From Hormoscilla sp. (GTDB lineage Bacteria > Cyanobacteriota > Cyanobacteriia > Cyanobacteriales > Desertifilaceae): a stretch of DNA of 40,824 nucleotides. The notes under the pieces are model-generated. The model searched no databases. It was not told the DNA's origin and saw only the letters and a program-made list of their open reading frames with translations. The translations under genes were made by a program, and so were the position numbers. Positions 40,698-40,824 of the stretch are shown here, in pieces. Location of the stretch: the NCBI GenBank assembly GCA_051439505.1, contig JBFRWI010000222.1, positions 1 through 40,824 of the forward strand, written 5' to 3'. Numbering within the stretch: position 1 is the stretch's first letter; each line of letters starts with the position of its first letter.

Positions 40698-40824
40698 CTC
40701 TTGCATAAAATCCGGTAATTTCTGGCAATGTCGGGAATTATCTCCCTCGGGAAGATGCAAGATGCAGGTCCAGGATTAGACCTACGTTAGGGGGGTCATG
40801 ACACCTACGGGTGATAGCGCTGCG
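40698..40824 (+). ncRNA. HEARO / omega-RNA, right copy (cut off by the window end)
   Basis: 40698-40814 is the reverse complement of 150-267 with about six differences; contains CTACGTTAGGGGGGTCATGACACCTACGGGTG. Confidence 0.82.

Noticed and set aside
40635..40760. N-terminal extension of the GAF kinase-like ORF
   Set aside because: It runs into the omega-RNA copy; family-like sequence starts at MIDSNHK.

Overview
Cyanobacterial chromosomal segment: HIP1 octamers (GCGATCGC) are frequent, and the repeat families suggest a filamentous Oscillatoriales-type organism (inference). The backbone is housekeeping and signalling genes: class A PBP, DUF1825, lepB, ctpC, ispG, cbiD, cobK, glpK, smpB, ictB, several His kinases and Ser/Thr kinases. 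Three things stand out. (1) Both window ends carry copies of a HEARO/omega-RNA (IscB/IsrB OMEGA-type ncRNA) in inverted orientation, each head-to-head with a host gene just upstream of its start codon; no cognate nuclease gene is visible in the window. (2) An accessory block at about 15.8-22.2 kb holds a NotI-family restriction nuclease with a Dam-like methylase, and a five-gene co-oriented cluster. That cluster encodes four exported, mutually paralogous proteins of no family I recognise, followed by a MauG/BthA-type di-heme peroxidase; it is the best candidate for an undescribed system. (3) Intergenic DNA is dense with MITEs that have clear target-site duplications, nested REP-like palindromes and small pseudogenes. 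All family assignments come from motif recognition by eye, not database searches.
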